Below are positions 26,640-34,466 of a stretch of DNA of 64,000 nucleotides, piece after piece. Source of the stretch: Fibrobacteria bacterium. Lineage in GTDB: Bacteria; Fibrobacterota; Fibrobacteria; UBA11236. Location: contig DATENA010000068.1 in assembly GCA_035275285.1 (NCBI GenBank), positions 303 through 64,302 of the forward strand. The letters are read 5' to 3'. The notes under the pieces were generated by a model. It had not been told where the DNA came from and made no database searches. It saw only the letters and a list, made by a program, of their open reading frames with translations. A program made the translations under genes and the position numbers. Position 1 is the first letter of the stretch; every line of letters begins with the position of its first letter.

Positions 26640-27197
26640 TTAGGCGGTCGCCGGGCGGGCATGGCCGCCGCGGTAGCCGCGCAGGTTGAAGGAAATGATG
26701 ATGTACGCGATGCCCGAAATCAAGGCGTAGATGCCCACGAACAGGGCGATGGACAGCAGGCCCCAACCCGGGTGGGCCAACAGCATCCCCCCCAGGAGGA
26801 TCCCGGCCGCGCCGGCGAGCAGCAGCATCCAATCGATCCCGCCTTCCCTGCGATGGACGATGGCTTGGTAGAGATGGACCCCTCCCATGACCACGGCCCA
26901 GACGGCGGCCAGCGAGAGCAGGACCAACGTCGTGAACATGGGCAGGGCGAAGGCGATGATCCCGACCGCGATGCTCAGCAGGCCCGCCAGCGCCATCCAA
27001 TATTGCTTGAGGGAAAACCCCAGGTAAACGGCCAGGCCGCCTTCGATCACTTCATAGAAACCGAAGAGCAGCGCCAAGGCCAGCAATCCGATTCCCGGAG
27101 ACATGATGGCCATGATCCCGAACACGACTCCCACTATCCCTCGCAACAGCAGCACCCACCGGGAGGCCGCCTGATTCATGATTCCGTACCCGTCCAT
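26640..27197 (-). CDS. HdeD/DUF308 family membrane protein
   Basis: W.LLLRGIVGVVFGIMA...PG..LLAL..LFG; two DUF308-like repeats, about six hydrophobic segments. Confidence 0.88.
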   Translation of the reverse strand: MDGYGIMNQAASRWVLLLRGIVGVVFGIMAIMSPGIGLLALALLFGFYEVIEGGLAVYLGFSLKQYWMALAGLLSIAVGIIAFALPMFTTLVLLSLAAVWAVVMGGVHLYQAIVHRREGGIDWMLLLAGAAGILLGGMLLAHPGWGLLSIALFVGIYALISGIAYIIISFNLRGYRGGHARPATA

Positions 27198-27231
27198 GGT
27201 ACCCTCCTTTTGAACGATTTACCGATCGGCA

Positions 27232-27246
27232 TGGATAGCCTATCCA
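27232..27246. promoter_or_regulatory. Palindromic candidate operator upstream of the HdeD-like gene
   Basis: TGGATAG-C-CTATCCA is a perfect 7-1-7 palindrome 35 nt upstream of the ATG. Confidence 0.45.
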
Positions 27247-27298
27247 ATGAATAACGCATTTTTTCGGGAAAAGAGCATGCGGCGGCGAACTCGCCAAG

Positions 27299-27328
27299 TG
27301 CGTCCGATTTCTTGCGTCCGATTTCTTG
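27299..27328 (+). repeat. 14-bp tandem duplication abutting the TA promoter
   Basis: GCGTCCGATTTCTT at 27300-27313 and 27314-27327; the second copy overlaps the -35 box. Confidence 0.9.
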
Positions 27329-27367
27329 ACCGAAATTCAAAAAAGGAGTATAATCTAGACTGTCTAG
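27326..27367 (+). promoter_or_regulatory. Sigma70 promoter and operator of TA module 1
   Basis: TTGACC (27326)-N17-TATAAT (27349), followed by the palindrome CTAGAC-T-GTCTAG (27355-27367). Confidence 0.8.
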
Positions 27368-27391
27368 CTTGAATTCAAATCGAGGTGATTT

Positions 27392-27631
27392 ATGACATGG
27401 CAGCTTCAGGAAGCGAAAAACAAACTCAGCGAGGTCGTGGATCAAGCCGTCAAGAATGGGCCTCAAGAGATAACCCGGCATGGGAAAAAAACCGCCGTAA
27501 TCCTTTCCATGAAGGATTACCGTAATCTCCTCGGCCGGAAAGGCAATCTGGCCGACTTTTTCCGCGGCTCCCCCCTCGGACAAATCCCCTTCGGGCGGAA
27601 CAAAGACCTTCCCAGGAGCGTGGAGCTGTGA
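27392..27631 (+). CDS. Phd/YefM family antitoxin
   Basis: WQLQEAKNKLSEVVDQA...GPQEITRHGKKTAVILS; GTGA overlap with the toxin gene. Confidence 0.92.
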   Translation: MTWQLQEAKNKLSEVVDQAVKNGPQEITRHGKKTAVILSMKDYRNLLGRKGNLADFFRGSPLGQIPFGRNKDLPRSVEL

Positions 27632-28050
27632 AGTACTTGTTGGACACTTGCTTGGTTTCGGAATTGGTCAGGAAAAAACCGAACCCCAAAGTCGTGAAAT
27701 GGGTATCGGAATGCGATGAAGAGCTGACGTTCTTAAGCGTGCTTACCTTGGGTGAAATCCAAAAAGGCATTGCCAAGCTCGGGGATAGGAAAAGAAAGTC
27801 CGCATTGCAGATGTGGTTGGATTCCGACCTGCGCATCCGATTCGAAACGAGGATCCTCCCGGTTACTGAAGACGTCGCGCAAACGTGGGGCGTTCTTCAA
27901 GGAGAAGCGGAAACGAAAGGAATCGGCATTCCGACCGTGGATGGTTTATTGGGCGCTACGGCAATCACCCACAATCTGACCGTGGTAACGAGAAACACGA
28001 TAGACATCGCCAAAACCGGGGCCAAGATCCTGGATCCCTGGAATTCCTGA
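27628..28050 (+). CDS. vapC: VapC PIN-domain toxin
   Basis: YLLDT..VSE, SVLTLGEI, D.L.GATA..HNLTVVTRN. Confidence 0.93.
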   Translation: MKYLLDTCLVSELVRKKPNPKVVKWVSECDEELTFLSVLTLGEIQKGIAKLGDRKRKSALQMWLDSDLRIRFETRILPVTEDVAQTWGVLQGEAETKGIGIPTVDGLLGATAITHNLTVVTRNTIDIAKTGAKILDPWNS

Positions 28051-28164
28051 CTCTCCTGTCCTCCATTGCCCCGGGAACGCCATGGCCGCCCGCTTTTCGC
28101 CTTGGGCGCCGGTCGCCCGCGGGAAATAGGGTCCGCGCGGAAAGCGGGTTTCCGGAAGCGACGC

Positions 28165-28539
28165 CTACAGGCTTGAGACGGCGCGTTGGACCGCCGTCCG
28201 CAAATGCTGCAGGTCGAACGGCTTGGAAAGGAATTGCGCGTCCCATTCGAGGATCAGGTCGGCGATTTCCTTGGTAGGGGCGAATCCGGACACGAAAATG
28301 ATCTTCACGTCCTGGTTTTCGGACTTGATGGATTTGGCCATTTCGATCCCATCCATGATCGGCATCTGCACGTCGGTGACCAGGACCGAAATCGGCTCCC
28401 CGGAATTCCGGAACAGGTCCAGTCCTTCCCGGCCGTTGGTCGAGGTCAGGACCGGATATCCGGAACCCTGGATGACCAGGGAAGCCAGGTTCAGAACCGA
28501 CGGTTCATCATCTACGACAAGGATAGGGGCCAAATTCAT
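28165..28539 (-). CDS. Single-domain response regulator (receiver only)
   Basis: VVDDE, LVTDVQMP, IFVSGF, LSKPF. Confidence 0.9.
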   Translation of the reverse strand: MNLAPILVVDDEPSVLNLASLVIQGSGYPVLTSTNGREGLDLFRNSGEPISVLVTDVQMPIMDGIEMAKSIKSENQDVKIIFVSGFAPTKEIADLILEWDAQFLSKPFDLQHLRTAVQRAVSSL

Positions 28540-28572
28540 GGTTCCAAATTAGTTTCATGGTTCCAAATTAGT
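28535..28572 (+). repeat. 19-bp perfect tandem duplication over the response-regulator start
   Basis: TTCATGGTTCCAAATTAGT at 28535-28553 and 28554-28572. Confidence 0.92.
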
Positions 28573-28624
28573 TCATACCGGGGTGAAAGAGTACAAAACC
28601 CGTTGTTTCCGGGACCCAATAACC

Positions 28625-29845
28625 TCAAGTTTCGGCCAATTTCCCTTTCAGGAAATCCAATTCCGCTTTGGAGGCGGTCAATCCCAGGGCGGCGGAAAAA
28701 TGCTCGCGCGCCAGGCCCTTCTCCCCGGTGCGGGAATACAGCTCCCCGAGGGTGGCGTGCAGCAGGTAATACCCTTTTAGGCGGGGATGGGCTTTCAACC
28801 CGTTCAGCATGGCTATGGCCGCTTCCGGCCCCTGCGTTTGCGACAGGATGATCGCCCGGTTCAATCCGATGATGGGGTTGTCCTTCATTTCCGCCAGCAC
28901 CGCATAGAACCGATCGATGACCTCCCAACGGGTCGAGCCGAAATCCTTCGCCGAGCAATGCTCGGCCGCGATTCCGGCCTCCAGATGGTACTCGGAGAGC
29001 GCCTCCCCTTGCGCCGCCTCGGACAGGTAGAAATGCCCCCGGCGGATGAGTTCCCGGTTCCACAAGGAGCGGTCCTGCCGGTGGAAGATCACCAAGGCGC
29101 CTTTATCGTCGATGCGGCTGTCGAAGCGGGCGGCATGGAAACACATCAGGCTCATCAGGGCCAGGGAAGCCCTTTGCCCCGGAAAGCCCTCGATGACGAG
29201 CCCGCACAACCGCATGGCCTCGCCGCAGAGATCCTTGCGGATGAGGAAATCGGGATGGGAGGAATTGTAGCCCTCGTTGAAAAGGAGGTAAATGCAGGTA
29301 TGCACGCTTTTGATGCGTTCCCCGAACGATTCGTCCGCGGGGATTTCCAGCGGAAGGTTCCGCCTTTTGAATTCCCGCTTGGCTCGCAGCAGCCGTTTGT
29401 TCACCGCGGCTTCGTTGGAAAGCATGGCGCTCGCGATCTCCTGCGCGCCGAAGCCGCACAGGATCTTCAGCGTCAGCGCCAGCCTGGATTCCGGGGGCAG
29501 GCTCGGGTGGCAGCAGACGAAGAACATCCGCAGCATGGAATCGCCTATCTGCTCTTCCCGGAAAGACCCCTCCAATTCCTCCGGCCCGGGAAGATGGAGT
29601 TCGATGGCCTGCGCATGCCGTTCCAGGAATCGATCCCGCTTGAGCCGGTTGAGCGCCTTGCGCTTGGCCACGGTCATGACCCAGGCGCTGGGATTGTCGG
29701 GAATGGCCCCGAAACTCCATCGATTGAAGGCTTCGAGCAAGGTCTCCTGCACCACGTCTTCCGCCAATTGGAGATTGCCGATCCCGAAGATCTTGGTCAG
29801 GAGGGACACGATCCTTCCCGCTTCATGGCGGAAAAAATGTTCCAT
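28625..29845 (-). CDS. ECF42-type sigma factor with DUF6596/TPR C-terminal extension
   Basis: FFRHEAGRIVSLL...AEDVVQE...W...IPDNPSAW, LRMFFVCCHP, YLLFNEGY, NRAI...GP, YYLLHAT.GEL; adjacent DGPF protein. Confidence 0.9.
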   Translation of the reverse strand: MEHFFRHEAGRIVSLLTKIFGIGNLQLAEDVVQETLLEAFNRWSFGAIPDNPSAWVMTVAKRKALNRLKRDRFLERHAQAIELHLPGPEELEGSFREEQIGDSMLRMFFVCCHPSLPPESRLALTLKILCGFGAQEIASAMLSNEAAVNKRLLRAKREFKRRNLPLEIPADESFGERIKSVHTCIYLLFNEGYNSSHPDFLIRKDLCGEAMRLCGLVIEGFPGQRASLALMSLMCFHAARFDSRIDDKGALVIFHRQDRSLWNRELIRRGHFYLSEAAQGEALSEYHLEAGIAAEHCSAKDFGSTRWEVIDRFYAVLAEMKDNPIIGLNRAIILSQTQGPEAAIAMLNGLKAHPRLKGYYLLHATLGELYSRTGEKGLAREHFSAALGLTASKAELDFLKGKLAET

Positions 29846-29907
29846 TCGGAATCCGGAACGGTCCCCGGATCCGGGCCGTCCCGGACCGGGGGCTCCGCCG
29901 GGACCCG

Positions 29908-30243
29908 CTACATCTTCCCTAATTTCCGGACCTCCAATTGGCAATGGTCGATCAGCGGGCACTCCTTCGCGAACTCCACCGCCTCGTCATAATCCTTGGC
30001 CAGGACGATGACGTACCCGCCGATGATTTCCTTGGATTCCAGGAAAGGGCCATCGGTGAGAACCGTTTTCTTGTCCTTCACCAGGCGTCCGGTGCCGGGT
30101 TCCAGCGGCGCCCCGCCCTTGTAGCGGCCCGCCTGGGTCATTTTCTCCATCCAGGGACGGTACGCGTTCATGCGCTTTTCCATGGTTTCCGGCGTGACGT
30201 TCGCATAATCGTAGCCCTTGATCACCAACATGAAATCTTCCAT
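29908..30243 (-). CDS. YciI/YCII-related (DGPF) protein
   Basis: VLTDGPFLESKEIIGGY...AKECP...EVR; RBS AAGGAGA upstream. Confidence 0.92.
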   Translation of the reverse strand: MEDFMLVIKGYDYANVTPETMEKRMNAYRPWMEKMTQAGRYKGGAPLEPGTGRLVKDKKTVLTDGPFLESKEIIGGYVIVLAKDYDEAVEFAKECPLIDHCQLEVRKLGKM

Positions 30244-30296
30244 TTCGCTCTCCTTGTTCAGGGGTTCAAGGCCCAGTATCGGGCCCATTATCCCTA

Positions 30297-30324
30297 TGAC
30301 AATCGGGATTGCCCGTTCAGGACA
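30297..30324 (-). promoter_or_regulatory. Possible ECF-type promoter for the YciI-ECF42 pair
   Basis: Minus strand reads TGTCCT-N16-TTGTCA, similar to TGTC-type -35 and GTC-type -10 elements of autoregulated ECF loci. Loose match. Confidence 0.3.
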
Positions 30325-30484
30325 CTTTTTTTCGGCCGCCCGTCGGATGCCTTCGCAAACTTAGCTGAAATCCCCTGAAATGGCGATTTCCCCGCATTTT
30401 TGCTGAATTATCCGCCCTCATTTAAACCCCTCGAAATTCCCTTTACTGAATGCTTGGACCGCCTGGGGCGGCCTCGAAGCCGGC

Positions 30485-30533
30485 TTGACTGACCATGGGC
30501 CAGAATGTACACTAGAGTACAGAAATCTGTACA
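30485..30533 (+). promoter_or_regulatory. Sigma70 promoter and operator of TA module 2
   Basis: TTGACT (30485)-N17-TACACT (30508); palindrome GTACAGA-AA-TCTGTAC (30517-30532); three (T/A)GTACA cores. Confidence 0.8.
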
Positions 30534-30545
30534 GAAGGGGAAATC

Positions 30546-30776
30546 ATGAAAACGACCAACTTTACCGAGTTCCGCAAGCATGCAGCCGAGTTCCTGGATG
30601 AGGTTGAAAAGGGCGAGGTCGTCCGGATCTTGAGACACGGCAAAGCCGTGGCCGATATCAGCCCCATTCCTGTGGAGGATAAACCCTCCTGGAAAAAGGC
30701 GCCGCCCCGGATCCCTTTGAGCGGCGCCTCCCTGTCCAAGGCCATCCTGCAAAACCGGAAAGACGCCGCCAGGTGA
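30546..30776 (+). CDS. Phd/YefM (prevent-host-death) family antitoxin
   Basis: TEFRKHAAEFLDEVEKGEVVRILRHGKAVADISP. Confidence 0.92.
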   Translation: MKTTNFTEFRKHAAEFLDEVEKGEVVRILRHGKAVADISPIPVEDKPSWKKAPPRIPLSGASLSKAILQNRKDAAR

Positions 30777-31189
30777 AGGTCTTCTTCGACTCTTCGGCCT
30801 TGGTCAAAAGGTATGTCCCCGAAAAAGGAACGGATGCGGTCTTGTCCCTTTGTGAAAAGGCCGGCGAGCTGGGGTTATCCGTGATCTGCTATCCGGAAAT
30901 CATCTCCGCCCTGTGCCGGTTGCGTCGGGAAAAGCGGATTGAAGGCGCTCAGTACGTGACCGCCAAGCGGGGTATCGCCCAGGATCTGCGGGACGCGGCC
31001 TTGTGCAATATCACGGAGACGACGGTGCTTCAATCCATCCTCCTTCTCGAGGAGAACACCTTGCGGGCCATGGATGCCTTCCACGTAGCCGCCGCTTTGG
31101 AATGGGAGGCGGATCTCTTCGTCTCCAGCGATCTCCATCAGATCAAGGCAGCCAAAAAGGCGGGGCTTGCGGTCCGGTCGGTTCCTTGA
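30773..31189 (+). CDS. vapC: VapC PIN-domain toxin
   Basis: FFDSSALVKRY..E.G, EI.SAL.R, LRAMDAFHVAAA, FVSSD. Confidence 0.93.
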   Translation: MKVFFDSSALVKRYVPEKGTDAVLSLCEKAGELGLSVICYPEIISALCRLRREKRIEGAQYVTAKRGIAQDLRDAALCNITETTVLQSILLLEENTLRAMDAFHVAAALEWEADLFVSSDLHQIKAAKKAGLAVRSVP

Positions 31190-31636
31190 ATCCGAGTCTT
31201 GATGAAGTTTTTCGAAACGCATTTGCGCCCCTTGGAGCGGCTGCTTGGTCCGGCGGGGAGCTTTTTCCAACCCTCGCCAAGCGCTTCTTTTTCAGACACG
31301 GGGATGGCATCCTTGATCGCGTCGGCGACGTCTTTGGGGGCGGGCGAATATTTCTTCATGGTCTTACCGAATTATCATACCGGGCCTGGCCGTCGCGCCA
31401 GCCTCCGCAAATGCGGTGTCGTGCTTATCGTTATTGGCTTCATCCTTGGTGCCGTCCCAGATGAAATGAAGCACGGTTCCGTCTGGGCAGGTGTGGGAGT
31501 GATACATCCCTTGGTTCACCGTAAAAAGCGTCTGGCCGGGAAACGGATCAAGGGGCAAAGGGCGCGTACTTCATTTTTAATTCAAGTTTTGAAAACTGGA
31601 ATGGATCTTAAAATGCATTCTAAATAGTGATTCCAA

Positions 31637-33781
31637 TCAGGGTACTGTATGCAACAATAGCAACTGCCCACCCTGCACCAGGTTCTGCCCTTTCGGCACT
31701 TCCTGGAGGGTCCCCACCGCCGGATCGGCAACGCTATGGGCCTGCACGTTGATCAGAAAGGCCCCGGCGCCGAATGCCGCCGAAGCATCGATCACACCAC
31801 TGGTTTCCCACGCGTTTTTCAGTCCATCGGGCCGCAATGCGGCAGGCACCGCCGTAACGTCCACTTCGGCCAGCTTGGCCAAGCTCCGCTGTGCGATATC
31901 CATCATCCATACCGCCGGCGGCCGGTGCATGGCCAGATTGAAATCCTCGCAGATTACCATCTTGCCCGAAGCGGTGACGTCGATATTGTCCGGGCTGACG
32001 AAGCCGGTCGCCGAGTCTCCCTGGGCGATGATTTCCAGCTTCGGCGGGTTGCCGGCACTGAGCGGATCGGTCGGATCGAAGCTCAATTTGTAGATGCGGC
32101 CCAGGCGGTTGCGGGAAGACCTGGGATCCCCCGTGGTCGCGAAGTAAAAGACGCCTTTGGCATTGCGGTCGTAAGTCCCATCCTCGATGCGGTCGAAGTT
32201 GAAGGAACTGTCCTTGCCGTCCGCGCTGACGGCGCTCCAAGCCTGCAAGGTGGCCGCGGAAACGGAAGCCAGGGGAGAAGCCGGGGATGAAGACGTGGCG
32301 CTGCCGGGCCGTCCCCGCAGCGGGTCCACCCAGCGCCCTGGCAGCGTGCCCGCGGTAAACCCGCCTTCGTCCCTCTTTCCGGTGGTGGCGAAGACGTACA
32401 GCTTTCCCCCGGCCAAACCGTTCTCGTAAATCGGGTCCGGCGTGCGCAGATCGCGGAGTTTGCGGCCCACGTACAGGTAAAGCTGGCTTTCCCGGGCCGG
32501 ACCTTCTTCCAAGGCGAAGGCCACGGTGCGGTTGGAATCCAGGGTGGGCACCACGACGATGTTTTCGAAAGCCATTTTGCCGAAATCGGAAAGGAGAGTC
32601 GCCTTGTTGTTCACGATGGCCACGGCCTGGGGGCCCGAGCGGGAAAAGGCGAGCGAGTCGGGGGATTCCTCGCCGGTCAGGTAGATGGGAACCGACAATC
32701 CCTGGGCCGGTCCGGCCAGGAAGCCGGAACAGAAGCGGCTGAAGGTTCCCGGAGTAGCGGAAATGTTACCTAAGGTGTAGGCGGATTCGAAGGCATAACG
32801 GCCGGAATGCACCCGGGCCGTCGCCTTGTCCAGGATGTATTCCGATATATAGGCTCCCTGTCTGGCCGGGCCGGTGACCAAGGCATGGGTCGACTCCGTG
32901 GAGGTGATTTCGTGGTTCATCACCAGGCGGAGGGTTTTGCCGTCGCCGGGATACAGTCCTAGGCCATCGGGTATGCCGCCCATGCGGAAGGCCTGGAGGG
33001 TATCGCCGGTCATGGGGACGCTTTCCCCCACGGTCAACAGGGGCGTAATGCGGACGCCCGGGCCGATGGCCTTGAGGTAGGGAGGATCGTCGGTTTGCAC
33101 GGAGATCAGGCTGTCCGGAACGAGCACCAGCCCGGGAAGGGTATCGTTCTCCACCAGGACTTCTTGCCGGACGCTCCGGTAGCCGGATTTGGATACCAGC
33201 AGGGTATCGACGTCCGTGGCCGCCACCTTGGCGAGTTGGTTCAAGGGCACCTGGACGAGTTTCAGGCCGGGCGCGCCGGTTTTCTTCCCGATGAAAGGGA
33301 TCCTATGGTAATAGGAGCGCGGGCCGATTTCCAGGCGCATGCCGTAAACGCCTATCTTCAGTTGGCTTCTCATGCCCGCCAGGGGCGAAAGCCCGTACAG
33401 GCCGCGCGCCAGGTCCTGATCGAGGACCCGGGCGACTTCGCGGCCCGCGAAATCGAACACGGTGAGCCGGACGTGGGCGCGGAGCGTCAGCACGTGGAAA
33501 GCCAGCTTTTGGCCTTCCACCTGGAACAGGTCCTCGGGGCGGACCCTCCGGTCCGAGGAGAGGGGGCTCTCCAGCCGGAAAACCCCGGAACCATCGGTGA
33601 TGGCCGCGATCCGCTTTTGCTTGAGCTGCACGGTAACGCCCGGGAGCGGGCGGCCGGCTAGGTCCACGACGGAGCCCAGCATGCGGGAAGGCGTTTCGGA
33701 GGGTGCCGAGCCCTGGGCCCGGGAAATAAGGCAGGCAGCCAGGATCGCAAATGGAATGAGTCGGGAGTTCATGAGGTTCAT
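31637..33781 (-). CDS. phoX: PhoX/DUF839-family alkaline phosphatase with N-terminal carboxypeptidase-regulatory-like and Ig-like domains
   Basis: GIPDGLG, VMNHE, FSRFCSG, TGEE, AFEN, RIEDG, SPDNI, ICED, WETSG, INVQAH. Confidence 0.82.
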   Translation of the reverse strand: MNLMNSRLIPFAILAACLISRAQGSAPSETPSRMLGSVVDLAGRPLPGVTVQLKQKRIAAITDGSGVFRLESPLSSDRRVRPEDLFQVEGQKLAFHVLTLRAHVRLTVFDFAGREVARVLDQDLARGLYGLSPLAGMRSQLKIGVYGMRLEIGPRSYYHRIPFIGKKTGAPGLKLVQVPLNQLAKVAATDVDTLLVSKSGYRSVRQEVLVENDTLPGLVLVPDSLISVQTDDPPYLKAIGPGVRITPLLTVGESVPMTGDTLQAFRMGGIPDGLGLYPGDGKTLRLVMNHEITSTESTHALVTGPARQGAYISEYILDKATARVHSGRYAFESAYTLGNISATPGTFSRFCSGFLAGPAQGLSVPIYLTGEESPDSLAFSRSGPQAVAIVNNKATLLSDFGKMAFENIVVVPTLDSNRTVAFALEEGPARESQLYLYVGRKLRDLRTPDPIYENGLAGGKLYVFATTGKRDEGGFTAGTLPGRWVDPLRGRPGSATSSSPASPLASVSAATLQAWSAVSADGKDSSFNFDRIEDGTYDRNAKGVFYFATTGDPRSSRNRLGRIYKLSFDPTDPLSAGNPPKLEIIAQGDSATGFVSPDNIDVTASGKMVICEDFNLAMHRPPAVWMMDIAQRSLAKLAEVDVTAVPAALRPDGLKNAWETSGVIDASAAFGAGAFLINVQAHSVADPAVGTLQEVPKGQNLVQGGQLLLLHTVP

Positions 33782-33837
33782 ATAAGTTCGGCAGGTTCGC
33801 TTAAAACAGGGGATGGCCGCTACGCTGCGGAAAAAAA

Positions 33838-34431
33838 TTAATCCTTTACTCCTTTTCCACCCTTATTGTCTTCGAACCCCCAGATCTTGCACCCTTGCGG
33901 ATCCACGTAGATGCTTTGCACGAAAAAGATGCGCTGCTCCGAGTTCGCCGTCCAATCCTTGACTTGGATCTCGATGGCGCGCAGGATTTTTCCGCCCCCT
34001 TCCACCGGCACCGGAGGTTTGGTGGCTTTCCAGGAAAGCAACTCGAGGTTTTTTCCGCCATATTTTCCCAAGCTGCGATACATTAATTTCCCATTGTCCA
34101 TGTAGTAGAATTCCCGGGCGAAATTCACTTGGGCCTCGCCGGCGTTTTTCCCCTCGGGGGTTTTCAGGTAAATGTCCTTGAGTTGTTCGGGGTTGGGGCT
34201 CATCAGGATCAGGCCCAGGGTGTCCCGGTTTTTCAGCCGGGCTATGGCATTGCGTAAGAGCTGGTCGGGCGAACGCGCGACCCGGCCCAAGCGGGGAATA
34301 CTGTCTTCGAGGATGGAAGAAGAGGCCGGGAGCGGCCCGGGGGTCCCCCGGACGCTCCCGACGGAAAAGAGCAAAAGGCCGCCTGAAAGGGAGAGGAGCG
34401 CGAACGCTTTCCGGAGGGTCGTCGTTTCCAT
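33838..34431 (-). CDS. Hypothetical secreted protein
   Basis: Signal peptide-like N-terminus (METTTLRKAFALLSLSGGLLLFSVG); lies between the beta-helix-Ig gene and phoX in the same orientation. Confidence 0.7.
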   Translation of the reverse strand: METTTLRKAFALLSLSGGLLLFSVGSVRGTPGPLPASSSILEDSIPRLGRVARSPDQLLRNAIARLKNRDTLGLILMSPNPEQLKDIYLKTPEGKNAGEAQVNFAREFYYMDNGKLMYRSLGKYGGKNLELLSWKATKPPVPVEGGGKILRAIEIQVKDWTANSEQRIFFVQSIYVDPQGCKIWGFEDNKGGKGVKD

Positions 34432-34466
34432 GTTCCCCTTGTTCCTTTCAGGCAAAGCCATCGGAT

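Noticed and set aside
24298-27000. 900-aa antisense ORF, and the 23575 upstream extension of the glucosidase
   Set aside because: Shadow frame. The real glucosidase start is the ATG at 24451 overlapping the SCP2 stop.
27392-31189. Prophage or integrative element around the TA modules
   Set aside because: No integrase, transposase, att site or phage gene was found.
31199-31627. 142-aa plus-strand ORF after vapC
   Set aside because: No RBS or motif. It is antisense to two small ORFs that look more coding-like.
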